Assembly: GCA_964234715.1 (NCBI GenBank)
Contig: OZ174276.1
Source: Podarcis melisellensis
Taxonomy: Eukaryota
Length of the DNA stretch: 64,000 bases
Direction: 5' to 3' (one strand)
Shown here: positions 1 through 11,979 of the stretch, piece by piece
How positions within the stretch are numbered: the stretch's first letter is position 1
Layout: every line of letters starts with the position of its first letter
Made by a program: the position numbers and the translations under genes
The notes under the pieces: generated by a model
What the model was told of the DNA's origin: nothing
What the model saw: the letters and a program-made list of their open reading frames with translations, nothing else
Databases searched by the model: none

Positions 1-850
1 GGCCAGCCCCCAGTGCCTACCAAATAGGCAGAGTAGGCACTGGCCTAAGGGCCCCACGTCTTTTAGGGGCCCCAAGACAATGGATCAAAATAATATTGAT
101 TCTATCTTGAAAGAAAATTACAAAAATGTATTAGGAGATAATTTGCATAGGGGGCCTCCACAGGGTTGCCAGTCCCTGTGAATATATTGAAATGGCCATT
201 TGGGAGGAGACCAGAGTGGGAAAAGAGGTTTGCTTTGGTTCTGAATAAACATGGAACAATTTGATTTCTAGCCTACCGTAAGTCATCCCAAAGACTGGAT
301 AATGTGTTTCCTTATCTTGACTGTCTTAACAATAACCTTTTGAGTAACCCATTATTATCCCATTCTCCTGCTGAGAAACAGAGGGCCTTGCCTCCTGCTT
401 GGGTTTGAAACCATACTCACTGTAAGAAAGGGAGGCAGGAAGCATTTATCCTCACCTCCACGCAAGGATATCTGTCACCTGTAGTCTGACAGGGAAGAAA
501 GAAGAAAGCAATTCCAGGTATGGGGACCCTGTGGCATCCAGACATTGCTAAACTACAGTTCCCATCGCCCCTGACTGCTGACTATGCTGTCCAGGATGAT
601 GGGAGTTGAAGTCCAACAACATTCAGAGGACCACAGGTTCTTCACTCTTGTACGTGACTGAACCCACAGCTGGGGGAGAGGAGAGAGGTACAGGGAACAG
701 GGAGTATACAGATGATGTGAGCATCTTTTGCACTAGAGCTCACAATTTCTCTCAATGCAGGTATCACGCTAGAGGACACGGTTAGGTCTCTGTAGGAAGG
801 GATGTCAGTGAAAATGATGGACTGGGGTGGCTCGCTGTCACTGCTCTTAC

Positions 851-3800
851 CTTCTGATGCAACTGCTGCTCTTCCAAAGTATGTGAATTAGCTGTTGACA
901 GTTCCTCTGCATCCAGCATCCCATAATGTTCCCTGCTCCCCACCAGCATCTGCAGAGGGAGGAAAAGGGGGTCATTATCTGAGCAAGCCCAGGATTCTTA
1001 GTGCTCCAAGGAGAGCTGAGACCAAGGAAGGAAGGAAGGAAGGAAGGAAGGAAGGAAGGAAGGAAGGAAGGAAGGAAGGAAGGGTGAGCTGGGTAGAAGA
1101 ATCTGAGGGTTAAGTGGAACTCAGGGCCTAGGAAGAGCCTTTCTCTGGTAAGGAGATCAGGAACCTTTTTCACGGCATTCCAGAATTAAATGGCTCTTAA
1201 AAGAGGTGGGGTTGAGATCAGAAGCAATATTATGGATGATGCTCTCAGGTGGTTCTACTCATTTAAGGGGGAATCAACAAGTGCATTTCATAAGAGCTCT
1301 GGACTATAATCCACACTCCAAGGACACTGACAATGAGACAAAGGATGTTTCACTTTTAAAAGAGAGAGACCATTCATCCAAGCAATTTGTGCCTTGCAGA
1401 AGAAAGCTGACCTTACCCTTGGTTAGATGACCAGCTCCACTTCCTTTGTGGCAAAGAAGCTCTAGACCAGCCTTCTCCAACCTGGTGCCCTTCATATGTT
1501 CTGGACTACAATTCCCATCAACCCCTGCCCACTTAGTGAGTGGGAGACTCTGGAGGTACCAGGATGGGGGATGCTACCGGGGAGAAAGAGCTACCCTAGC
1601 CATTGCCAATTATAATTCTTTCCCTCCCAGGGAATAAATTTCCAGCAAAACACTGAGGTGTGGCGAGGGTGGAAAAATGTGCTTACCTCTCTGTTTTTCC
1701 TCTCCGCAAAGGCCTGTGCTGCCGGACTGGATATGTGATCTCGCATTTCCTTTAGTCAAGAAAAGGAAGCAGTAAGAGAATATAATCAGATGAGACCATG
1801 GCCTTTAAGAGTACACGAATAATAACAACAATCAGGGTGGGTTTTTGCAGAGGCACACAGTCTTGTCTTGTAACCCATCCTAAGTCATAGGGTCCAAGGG
1901 AAATGGATAATTCATAGGGTCCAAGGGATATGGAAATAAATAAGATTACATGAGTTGACATCCTTGTAGATCACCGATGTGTCAAAATATTGGATATAAA
2001 ATGCAGTACTGTCCCAGCTTCAGCTACAAGTGTGGTATAGTGTTTAGAGTATGGAATTAGATCCTTCTTTTTTTTTTTAATAATAATTTTAAAAAAACCC
2101 TCTCTCTCTCTCAGAATAAAGCACCCCAGCCATACACTTTTGTTAACACTTCCAAATCATCACTCAACATTTCACTTACCGTAGCACACAGATGGAGAAG
2201 CTGTGTCCCTCTAGATGTTATTAGACCACAATTGCCATCATCCCTGACCACTGACCTTACTGGTGAGGGTTGTTGGGAGTCCAATAACACAGAGAGCCAC
2301 AGACTCCCTAACCCTGCAACAGAACTATTCCTGTTCCACACAATAAGTGTTTTATGCTGCACAGGACAAAATGCTGCAGGAGTGACAAGGCATACATTCG
2401 ACTCACCCTGACTGATTCCCGCATCTCTGTGACAAAAGTGCGCCGGATGGCAACCTCAGAGGGCTCAATTTTGAACTTGCGCGGGTTTGACTCCACAATG
2501 CGTGTTCATGAGTTAAGTTTGAGTCACCAAGTTAGAAAGCAGACAGAGCTACCTGGTTACAAATATCATGTGGGCCAATGCTGCATTTAACCTACCAGAT
2601 GCTCTCTGTCTGTAGCAGAAAGCTACCTATTTATTAATTCATTTTATTTAAGAAAGAATTTATATGGCACCCTACATCCGATTTTCCATTTCAGGGCAGT
2701 GTGCTACTACACTTTATAGGAAAATATAAAACAATAAGCAGATAGAGAAGAAAAAAGAACATTAAAACTGGGGGGGAGACCTTTGGTCCAGAGGCCAAAT
2801 ATGGCCCTCTAGTTCTCTTCGTCTGTATGTCACAATTTTCTGGGTGACATGCGCCAAAAAGGCAACATAGGCCCCAGATAAACCTCTTCAGCTAGGGCAT
2901 GCCATAAAATTGGGGAATTACTGCTGAGAATGCCTTCTCTCCTGTAACTGAATAAGGGTTTACTGCCCTTCCAGTTCTTGCAAATATCCCTGCAAAGAGC
3001 AGGATGGGGGTGGGGGGCTGCTATTGCCTGCTGCTACCAACCTAGCAGCAGACACTGCGTTTAAAAAATGATGCAACATAATTCCCTGGAGAGGCAACCC
3101 CCCCCCCCCGACGCTGTTCCAGCCCCAGCTTCAAAAGGATATATATGGTTTCCTCCAGGTCCTCCAGGTCCCAGTCGATGCTGCGTAGGCTGTTGCGTAG
3201 TTCATTAGTAGTCCAGTCAAATTCCTCTTTGCTGATGACCTGCGTCTCCTGCAGCAGCTGACACCAGCGCTGATAGAGCCCACGTGCTGCATTGACGGCT
3301 TTCTGAACTTCCCTACAGAACACAAATACAAGAGAGTGGCAGGGATGAGGTGGGCGAGCCAGGACAGAGGACTATTTCTCCTGCCAAAGCTGTGAGACCA
3401 CCAGACTGAACACAACACCCTTGCGTAGCGACAGCTCTGTTTCTGCAGCTGCAGGCAGGTGACAAGCGTAAGAGGTTTGCCAAACCCCTGGTGGGTTCCC
3501 ATATATCATCAATTGGGTCCATTCAAGTGGGCAAACCGCAAGCTGTGCAGCTCTGTTCCACCTGACAGAGAGCCTCCCATAATGCAAAGTTTCCTCCCTC
3601 GAAGCAGCTGCATCTCTACACTGAGAGAGGTATTGTTGCATTAAAAAAAAAACAACAGTTCACTTCAGAGGACTGTTTGGAAGGTGAAAATCTGTATGAA
3701 TAGCTGTCCGGAGAACCACATGGTACTCCAGCCTCCATGTGTCTAGAGATGAGTTACCCTAGAGGAAATTGGGCTTGTAAAAAGCTGTGCACTGGACCAC

Positions 3801-6577
3801 TGGTGGCAGATAAGAATTGCCTCCTGGAGACCAGGCAGAAAGGTTTTACAAAAAAATGGTGGTTCTTCATTCTTTTAGTCCAGTAGTAGCAAACCTCTGT
3901 GGAATGTGGGTGGCGCTGTGGGTTAAACCACAGAGCCTAGCACTTGCCGATCAGAAGGTCGGCAGTTCGAATCCCTGTGACGGGGTGAGCTCCCATTGCT
4001 TGGTCCCTGCTCCTGCCAACCTAGCAGTTCAAAAGCACATCAAAGTGCAAGTAGATAAATAGGTACCACTCCAGCGGGAAGGTAAACGGCGTTTTCGTGC
4101 GCTGCTCTGGTTCGCCAGAAGCGGCTTAGCCATGCTGGCCACATGACCCCGAAGCTGTACGCCGGCTCCCTCGGCCAATAAACCCCAGAGTCGGTCACGA
4201 CTGGACCTAATGGTCAGGGGTCCCTTTACCTTTACTTTAGCAAACCTCTGGCTAACGGGATGTTCCTGGTCTGGGCTCCCAACTCCCTCCAGTCCCAGTC
4301 AGCCTGGCCAATGGTAAGAAATGATGGGAGCCAGAGTCTAACAAGGCTACAGCCCTGTTTTAGATCACAACAGCCTAGCACAAATATATGTGAATATTGA
4401 ACACATTCAGCAGGTAAATGCATTTTGGTGATCCCTCCAGTCCAGCCTTCCCCAACCTAGTGCCCTCCGGATGGTGATGGATTACAACTCCCATCTTTCA
4501 TAACGATTGTCTTTGGTGGCAGGGGCTTATAAGAGCTGCAGTCCCACCAATACCTGGAGAGCACTGGGTCAGGGAAAGTTTGATCAAATGAGAAACAAGA
4601 TACCTTCATTAACTCAAGTGGCATCTCATGCACTCCAGGAAACGACAGTCTGACAATTGCACTAGGATACCTAACGGGTCATCTCAAATAAATATACATA
4701 AACCTAAAACCTTGAAGTCAGCTCCTTTGATGTGGAGACTAAGAAGAGTGATGTGGAGTGATGTGGAGACTAAGAAGTAAGTGGGTGAGTATCTCATTGT
4801 TGGATACTTCATACGGAGGAGTACTTATGGAACCATGCTTTGAGCACCCCATGGGCACTTCCATTTGGGGGCAGGCTGCTTGAGAGGGGGAGGGTCTGTC
4901 AACTCCAGAGAAATTTGGATGGTACTGATCATCTTGACAGATTCCAGTCTGGCTTCATGCCTTAATTTGGCACTGAAACAGTTTTGGTGCCCCTAACAAA
5001 TGTCCTTTGCCAAAGGAGCATGGGGAGCATGATGCTATGAGTTGTCCTAGACCAGGCATAGGCAAACTCGGTCCTCCAGATGTTTTGAGACTACAATTCC
5101 CATCATCCCTGACCACTGGCCTGTTAGCTAGGGATGATGGGAGTTGTAGTCCCAAAACATCTGGAGGGCCGAGTTTGCCTATATGCCTGTCCTAGACTTC
5201 TCAGCAGCTTCAGTACAATCAACCTCCAAACTGGGGGTACCACATTCCAGTGGTTCTGTTGCTAGGTGTCCAAATTATTCCAGAAGTTGGTGCTAATGGA
5301 TTTTACCCAGTATTGCATTATTTATTTATTTTAAATTAAACGACAGAAACAAATAGCGGTGTCTGAAAGATGCAAACTTATAGGTAGCCTACAACTTGCC
5401 ATCTCTTCCAGCCACTTCTGTTCCATTCCTTCTACTGTAATTCTGTACAGTATAGTGGTACCTCGGGTTACATACGCTTCAGGTTACAGACTCCACTAAC
5501 CCAGAAACAGTACTTCAGGTTAAGAACTTTGCTTCAGGATGAGAACAGAAATTGTGCTCTGGCGCGGCAGCAGCAGGTGGCCCCATTAGCTAAAGTGGTG
5601 CTTCAGGTTAAGAACAGTTTCAGGTTAAGAACAGACCTCCAGAACGAATTAAGTACTTAACCCGAGGTACCACTGTACTGGAAAAGCTACTGTGGCAGTG
5701 AATGAGATAAGGCACTGTTAAAACTACTACAATTATAAAGCAGAGGTGTGGCCCTCCTGATACTGCTGGACTACAGCTCCCAGCATCCCTGGGCATTGGC
5801 CATGCCGACTGAGGCTGATGGGAGCTGGAGTCTAACAACATCTGCCCAGGGGGGCAGCATAGGTTTCCCATATCTGCTATAAAATGGGATGTTCACAGAG
5901 GATAAGTGTGCTGAAATGAATAACAGTAGATTTAAAGAGAGAGTAAAGCACAGAACTCTAGATCTCCTTGTTCCCATCTATGAGATCCAGCTGCCAAAAC
6001 TCAACAGTATTCCTTCAAGCTGGCAAATTATATAGAGTCCCACCATTCACCAGATCAGTAGGACAAAATGAGGAAGGAGATCGAGGGACAAATTGCAACC
6101 AAGTATATTCAAGGGTTTTGGGGAATAGTCTGTTAATTACAAAATATGAAGCTGGAAAACATCACTAATTCCCAGTGGTTATTATAACCCCTTGTTATCC
6201 TACTCGGCAATTATTTCGAAGTGCAAGTGTCAAGCAAAATACTTTACAAAAAAAACCCTATTTCTACAAAGTAACTTCCTTTTTTAATCGTGTGTGTGTA
6301 AGTATACTTAGCTACAGAAACTGATTACTTGTCACAGAGACTTACGGTACTTTGGGGGCTGTAGCTCGTTCAGACACACGATTCTGCCATCGTGGAAAAT
6401 TGGTGCGCAATAATTTTTTAGTAGTGTCCACAGTTCCCCAAATATGAGCTGTCCATAAAATTTATGAACTGTGTTGTAGCAGGAACCCTAAATAGAGTCC
6501 CAATTTCGAGACTGAAATGAATCCGCTTTGCTGTGACCCTGTGGCGGCTTTCGTGAGAGTTTGATCCATTAGGGTGG

Positions 6578-6629
<52 letters not shown>

Positions 6630-6913
6630 AGTAGGGCAGTGCCTTTATTAGGACCGGCTAATAAACGGAGTTTCGACGAAGTTCCTTAGCTGAGGCGGGT
6701 TTCTAATCAGAGTTCTCTAGCTTCTCGCCCCCGCCCCGCCTCCACATCCCCGCGTTACCCGACGCTTCCCACGCTCGCAGACCCACGCGGGGCCAGGCTG
6801 CCTTGCTGCGGCGCCTATCCCCACCAGGGGCGAGGAAAGACGGAGTTTGCGGCGGCCGTGGGAGTGGCTGCCACTCACCCTTTCACCACGAAGAACGGGT
6901 CCTCCAGAGACAT
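851..6913 (-). CDS. STX10: Syntaxin-10, exons 1-5 (gene continues beyond window start)
   Basis: Spliced exons 6879-6913 ([18 protein letters not shown] donor), 3143-3312 ([16 protein letters not shown]...[24 protein letters not shown]), 2407-2501 (IVESNPRKF...), 1687-1749 ([21 protein letters not shown]) and 851-949 (...[14 protein letters not shown]) keep one frame and match the syntaxin-6/10 N-terminal domain. Adjacency to IER2 favours STX10 over STX6. Confidence 0.92.
1025..1082. repeat. (GGAA)n microsatellite
   Basis: Direct inspection. Confidence 0.95.
2502..3142 (-). other. STX10: U12-type (minor spliceosome) AT-AC intron, STX10 intron 2
   Basis: 5' end ATATCCTTTT (3142-3133); branch-like CTTAAC at 2517-2512 about 10 nt upstream of terminal AC (2503-2502); these boundaries keep the frame ([13 protein letters not shown]). 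Confidence 0.93.
3900..4236 (+). mobile_element. Sauria SINE (near full length)
   Basis: tRNA-like head TGGCGCTGTGGGTTAAACC...GGCAGTTCGAATCC, core AAAGTGCAAGTAGATAAATAGGTACC and tail GGGGTCCCTTTACCTTTA. Confidence 0.9.
5053..5189. mobile_element. Palindromic hAT MITE (URR1/Charlie-like)
   Basis: Near-perfect palindrome CAGGCATAGGCAAACTCGG...CCGAGTTTGCCTATATGCCTG with 8-bp TSD TCCTAGAC (5045-5052 and 5190-5197). Degenerate relatives at about 520-650, 1465-1570, 2190-2315, 4240-4580, 5740-5875, 11200-11310, 28020-28150, 30590-30720 and 33560-33690. Confidence 0.85.
5453..5675. mobile_element. Tc1/mariner-pogo (Tigger-like) MITE
   Basis: TIR AGTGGTACCTCGGGTTA...TAACCCGAGGTACCACTG flanked by TA. 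Confidence 0.85.
6578..6627. repeat. (AAT)n microsatellite
   Basis: Direct inspection. Confidence 0.95.
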
Positions 6914-7450
6914 TGCTGACCGGTCGAGATGCCTTCAGGAAAAGCCCAGCCGGCCGGAGAGCAGCGTCCCAGCCTGTCCGTCCCTCCCTCCTTTCCTGAG
7001 CTGAAGCCGCTTAGCAGCCACGTTTACTCCGGGCGCCTCTTTCCTAATAATAGCAGGCCGCCCTCTCTCAACTCAGCCCAACCCGGCGCTCGCTCGCTCC
7101 CTCCCCCACCCCTTCCCCTGCGAAAGTGGAGCCGGACTTTCCTGGGGAGGAGGCGGGGGAAGGGAGGAGAGCGCTTGGCGAGAGCAATCAGGAATCTCCC
7201 CTGGAGCTTCGAGCAGCCTCGCGTTTCTTTCTTGGCCTCCTTTCTTTCTTTTCCTCCACCCTCCTCCGCCTCAGCTTCCTGGAGCTGGAAAATGCGTCAC
7301 TCTTACTAAGAAACGCGGCCCTAAAATAGCGCAGGCCGCACCCCGCCCGCCTTCCTGATTCATTCATTTTCCGCCTGCAAACTGAGCGTTTGAGATCTTG
7401 GGCTCCGCTCCTTGGGCGTGGGTTCCAAACCGCAGCTCCTTATCGGTTAC
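6700..7450. promoter_or_regulatory. STX10 CpG-island promoter
   Basis: CpG-rich stretch around STX10 exon 1, with GC boxes (ccccgccc at about 6730 and 7341) and a MEF2-like CTAATAATAG at 7044-7053. Confidence 0.75.
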
Positions 7451-8429
7451 ACTCTAGCCACTCATTCACACTGTAAGGGCGCCTGCAAAGAGGCTTACAG
7501 AGCGGTTTGCAAGTCCCTGCTTGATGTGTGTGTGTGTGTTTTCAGTGCTTGCCTGTGGGTGAAGTGCAGATTTTAATTCATGTTGGTGGCGGTTGTTTAA
7601 GGGACCAGGAACAGTACTTAGATTCAGGTCACAATGGAGTGCGCTCCTTTGTACTCCCCGCATTACTCTGTGCAGTTTATTTCGGTGTAATAGTTAGCGT
7701 GACCAACGCATGCCCAGGCATCGGGCAGGAAAAGAGAGTCCGCGGGGAAGAAAGGTCGCCTGCGGAGACTCGGGCGTGATGCAAGAGTCAGGGAAAACGT
7801 GCCAGCTTGTAATAAGAGACCAGCTAAAGATAGTCATTGCTGACTTCCCTAGGATGCGGGGCCCGATCTGACGCGTATTTTACTAATAAGTAAATTTCGC
7901 TGCATTCATCAGAACTTGCCTCTTGATTAGAGTATGTATAGGATCACGATTTTACATATACCGATGTCTACTCAGAAGCAAGTCCCGCTGAGTTCAGTGG
8001 AATTTACTCCCTCGTAAGTATGTATGTGTGTAGGACCCTTAGCCATAGTGGATCGTGTACAGATCAATGCGGAGGCTTGGAATATGCTTGGGGATGGGAG
8101 CTGTGCGCGCGTGGAGACAATGCGGCGAGGCTGTGGAGGGAACAACGCAGAGCACGTGCAAAGGGGTTGCATGCGACCCAGCAAAGATGGTTGTGCATGG
8201 ACGGACGGCATGTTGAGTTTATGAGAAGAAGGTAATACATTTAGATCACGCGGGAGTTCAGTGATAAGTATTTACAGACCTACGGCCGTGTTATGTGCGA
8301 AAAAGAAAACGTATCCAGGCAATATTTGTTTTTAATACAAGCAGTATTTGTTTCTAATGAGGGAGTCTGTGCCTTTAGGTTACATTGCTAAGGCAGGCTT
8401 TAGTGGCTTGTGTGCAACTTGTGTATCTA

Positions 8430-8975
8430 GAGTGCCGCGTTACATCACGTCGCGGCAGTGTGTAAACAGAAGGGGGAGGGGCAAGCGCAGAGCCCTTCTT
8501 TGGACAGGCTCCCGGAAACTCAATGGAGTCTCTCGTCTGGTTGCCCATTTATGGACACAGGAAGCAGTCCTGCTACGAGCGTAAGCATATTTTACAACGT
8601 TGGTAAACGCAGCCTTGGCTCCGCCCCTGTCGTCATGGTCCAATAATACATGCAAGGAAGCGGTAAGCAGAGAGGCTGGGGTGACCTAAATAGAAGGAGG
8701 AGCCTGTTGGGCGAAGGAAGCCCTGGAGAGAAAACCGACGGGGATCCGAGAGAGAGTCCTCGCTCAGTCACCATAGTGATCGGGTTGATCTGGTAAAAAT
8801 GCGAACAGGCCTCTCTGATTCTGTCACGAATGAGTAAAAGATTTGCTTTTAAAGTGAAAGCCTCTGATACGTGTGCGTGAACGTGACTTAGTAAACTGTG
8901 ATACGTGCAAAAAGACCGCAACATAACCTCTCAGTAGCGTGTGCGCGCACGGCTAGTAACAAAGCCTGGTGAGTA
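8430..8975 (+). promoter_or_regulatory. Serum-response-type enhancer / upstream promoter module (probably IER2)
   Basis: Perfect CArG box CCATTTATGG at 8545-8554 flanked by ETS cores (CCGGAA about 8512, CAGGAAG about 8558), plus GC box (about 8620), CCAAT (about 8640), CRE-like/ACGTG motifs and local CpG retention. Confidence 0.55.
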
Positions 8976-11717
8976 TAAGGGAAAATAAGGAGAGCAAGAC
9001 CCACTGAGAGCAATACCCACTGACCATAGCTTGGAATCCTCTTCCTAGTCGAATAGCCGTGGTGGCGACAGCACAATTTCTTGTTTCAGCAATGCTGGCA
9101 GAGGAGGGAGGCAGCAGATAACAATTCCAGTGACACAAGCTGACAAGGAAGAGAGAAAGAAGCTCCCTCCCCCACACTCTGCTACTTACTGTGGTTGTTG
9201 TTCCCGAGGAAGGGACACATGACTAGGACTCAGTATTTCCCCCGGTTGAGCAATGAGAGCTGTAAAGCAGGAAAAACCACCTGCCTGCACCATCTCTCCC
9301 ACTCATGCTCCTGCAAGATACTTGCTGGTCAACGGTGGGAACTGCTACTGTCCCAGCAGCAAGCCTGAATTCTTAATATGTTTTGTGTGCAAAACGTCTT
9401 GCACATGAAAGCAGCATGTGTCAAAGTCTACAAGAATTCTTGCATGTCCAGCCATGTCAATAAAGGCTCATCATGTATAATGTGTGTCTTGCAGTTGTCA
9501 GGCTCAGTTGTCAAGCTGCAGAAGGGATTCTGCCTGCAGAGTTTGGCCTCTGCCTATCTGGGCTATACTTGCTCTTGACAGAGAACATGAAGAATGGAGC
9601 TGACCTTTTTATGCTTTGGGCTTGTTAAAACGGATGTGAAAAAATTGTCATTCCAAGTAGTGAATCAGCTCCTTGAAGACAAAGCTATGTGCAGTCAGTG
9701 CTTACTAATCTGACAACTTCAGCTAAATCTGCATGATGGGGCAAGAGCTTGAGCTTTCAGAAAGTGTATCTTGCTCAACATTTACTTACACCTGCAGTGC
9801 CTGTTAACTAGTTTTTGCACTGCTTTGGTTCTGAAGGTCCAGAGGTCTTTTACAATGACTCCCGCACCATATTCTGTTGAGAGTTCAGCAGTTCCATAGG
9901 CTTACTCAGCTTTTGATGAAATATGAGGATTGCAAGGATCAACTTGCAACCACAGTGCAGTTGAAGATTTTGTGGTTGATTTAGCTAATGAGGCAATTTT
10001 GAATAGTTCAGCAAATCAAATTGAAATAATTCATACATATATATGATTGTATTTGCATTAGAAGTAACTCTGCATAAAAATAAAATGGATTTGCTACAGA
10101 ATGTGAGTCCTTAACCGTACTATAATGAGCTTCCAAATCTAAGAAATAATTGTCTGGTGATTGTGGTTTGTCAAAGCAAAAATAGGTCAGAGTTCACCTT
10201 TCCCCTGGGTATGGCCCAAGTAGAGTAGAACGAGAATGGCATGCTTTGGGAGTCCAGAGAGGGAACCCAAGGAAGCAAAAAATTAAGAGAATTGCTACCA
10301 TGAATTCCCCCGGGACATCAACTGACACAATTAAAGGCACTTTCATTCTGAACATGCTTACTTGGAAGTATGTTCTGTTGAAATCAGTGCAAATTAACTG
10401 CACATACAATGTTTAGGTATCACTTATGAATACTCTGAATTTAGAAAGGCAAAATCAACAGCACATTATGGCCATTTCAGGTTTTTAGTTAATTATGAAT
10501 GTGGGAAATGCAGTAAGCCATTTAAGGCTACAGTCTTATGCACTCAGTAGCAAGTTCTGTTAAAATCAGTAGGGATTCCTTGCAAACTATCATGGATGGA
10601 ACATGTGTCACTCATGGAAAACAGTTGAAGTGGGAAACCATGCTTACTCATTTCCCAGAGCTGTTTCACACACACATCTTTATTACTTGAGTATAAAAAC
10701 AAGCAATGGATGGCTTGCGTGTGTGAATGAGCCATCAGAGATCTAACCCAATAGCTAATAAGGCATGTAATTTCAAATGCAAGGCTTTTCAATGAAGTCA
10801 GATATTTCATTCATCAAAAGTATAGCATGGGACAATCATGAGATCTAAATGTATGTGTGAATCTGGCCTTAGTGAATGGGAAATAGGGAGTGGATCAATA
10901 GCCTCCCTCCAAGTCTAATGAAGATATGCAAAAACTTTTGGTTAAGATTAGTCAGGACAGAGCCGATATATGTCTTCTAGCCTCTGCTTGCAGCAATGGC
11001 TGGTTGATGCTTTCAGAACCATGGAAATAGAGATTCTGCTGCAGGCGGAAATAAACAGTATTGGCCTGATTGGACATTCACTGAGCATTTTCTGCAACAC
11101 TCCTAACTGCACACACTGAACACCTCTTGAGGGTGCCATATTTCACAGAGAGATTTTGTGCACTCGTTATTTCATGGCAGGCCCACCCATGCAGCCCATT
11201 AAAGCAGGGCCTGTGGTCCTCCCAAGGTGGTTGCAACTTTCATCATCCCTGGCCATGCTGACTGAGGCTGATGGGAGCCCGGCAAAGGCATCCAGAGAGC
11301 CATGGCTTCCTCACCAGGGAAGGCTGAAGACATTCCACTACCTGTGGTGAAGACGGTCTCTTCCCCACCATGTGCAGAAGCCCACCAGATCTGGAGCTGC
11401 ACCTTGCTTCAACACTCTTCCGCCACATCTGGGGTCAGTAGTTTCAGGACAGGCTGCGCTCGGCCTGCTTCCTAGTCCTTCAGCAGTTTGCTGCTTGAGG
11501 CTGATACCTCACAATCCTCCGAAGGGCAGAGCCATCCCTGTCACCTACCCCTGCCTTAAAGGTACGTTCACCAGCTGGATGCTGTATTTGGGCCATGATG
11601 GCTTCTGCATGCATGAATGGGCCAGTGTCACACAACTTTCCTATGGCCCTTCATTTGCCATTCATCAATCGTATTCAAGTGATGATGCCCATGTATTGCC
11701 CATTCTGACCACGTTCT

Positions 11718-11793
11718 TAATTCCCAGCTGTAAACGTGCATGGAAACCTGCTCCATAATTGCCAGCTGTAAACGTGCATGGAAACCAGCCCCA
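11718..11793. repeat. 38-bp tandem duplication upstream of IER2
   Basis: TAATTsCCAGCTGTAAACGTGCATGGAAACCwGCyCCA x2. Confidence 0.9.
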
Positions 11794-11979
11794 TTGATTT
11801 CGGTCGAACCCAAACCCATGAAACGTGCTTCCAGTGAAGCCAACACCTCTACACTTAAGTAAATGAGCCAAGGAATCTGCAGCCACAGGTCGTGCATGCT
11901 CCTTAGTTCTTCCCGGGGGACGTGGGCAGTTGTGCAGCGCACTTATCAGAGACAGCCCAAGTTCCAGGCTCCTCTTTTG

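Noticed and set aside
1885-1930. Short tandem duplications (also about 4729-4777, 45143-45178 and 59890-59935)
   Set aside because: Ordinary 20-27-bp slippage duplications in introns with no sign of function.
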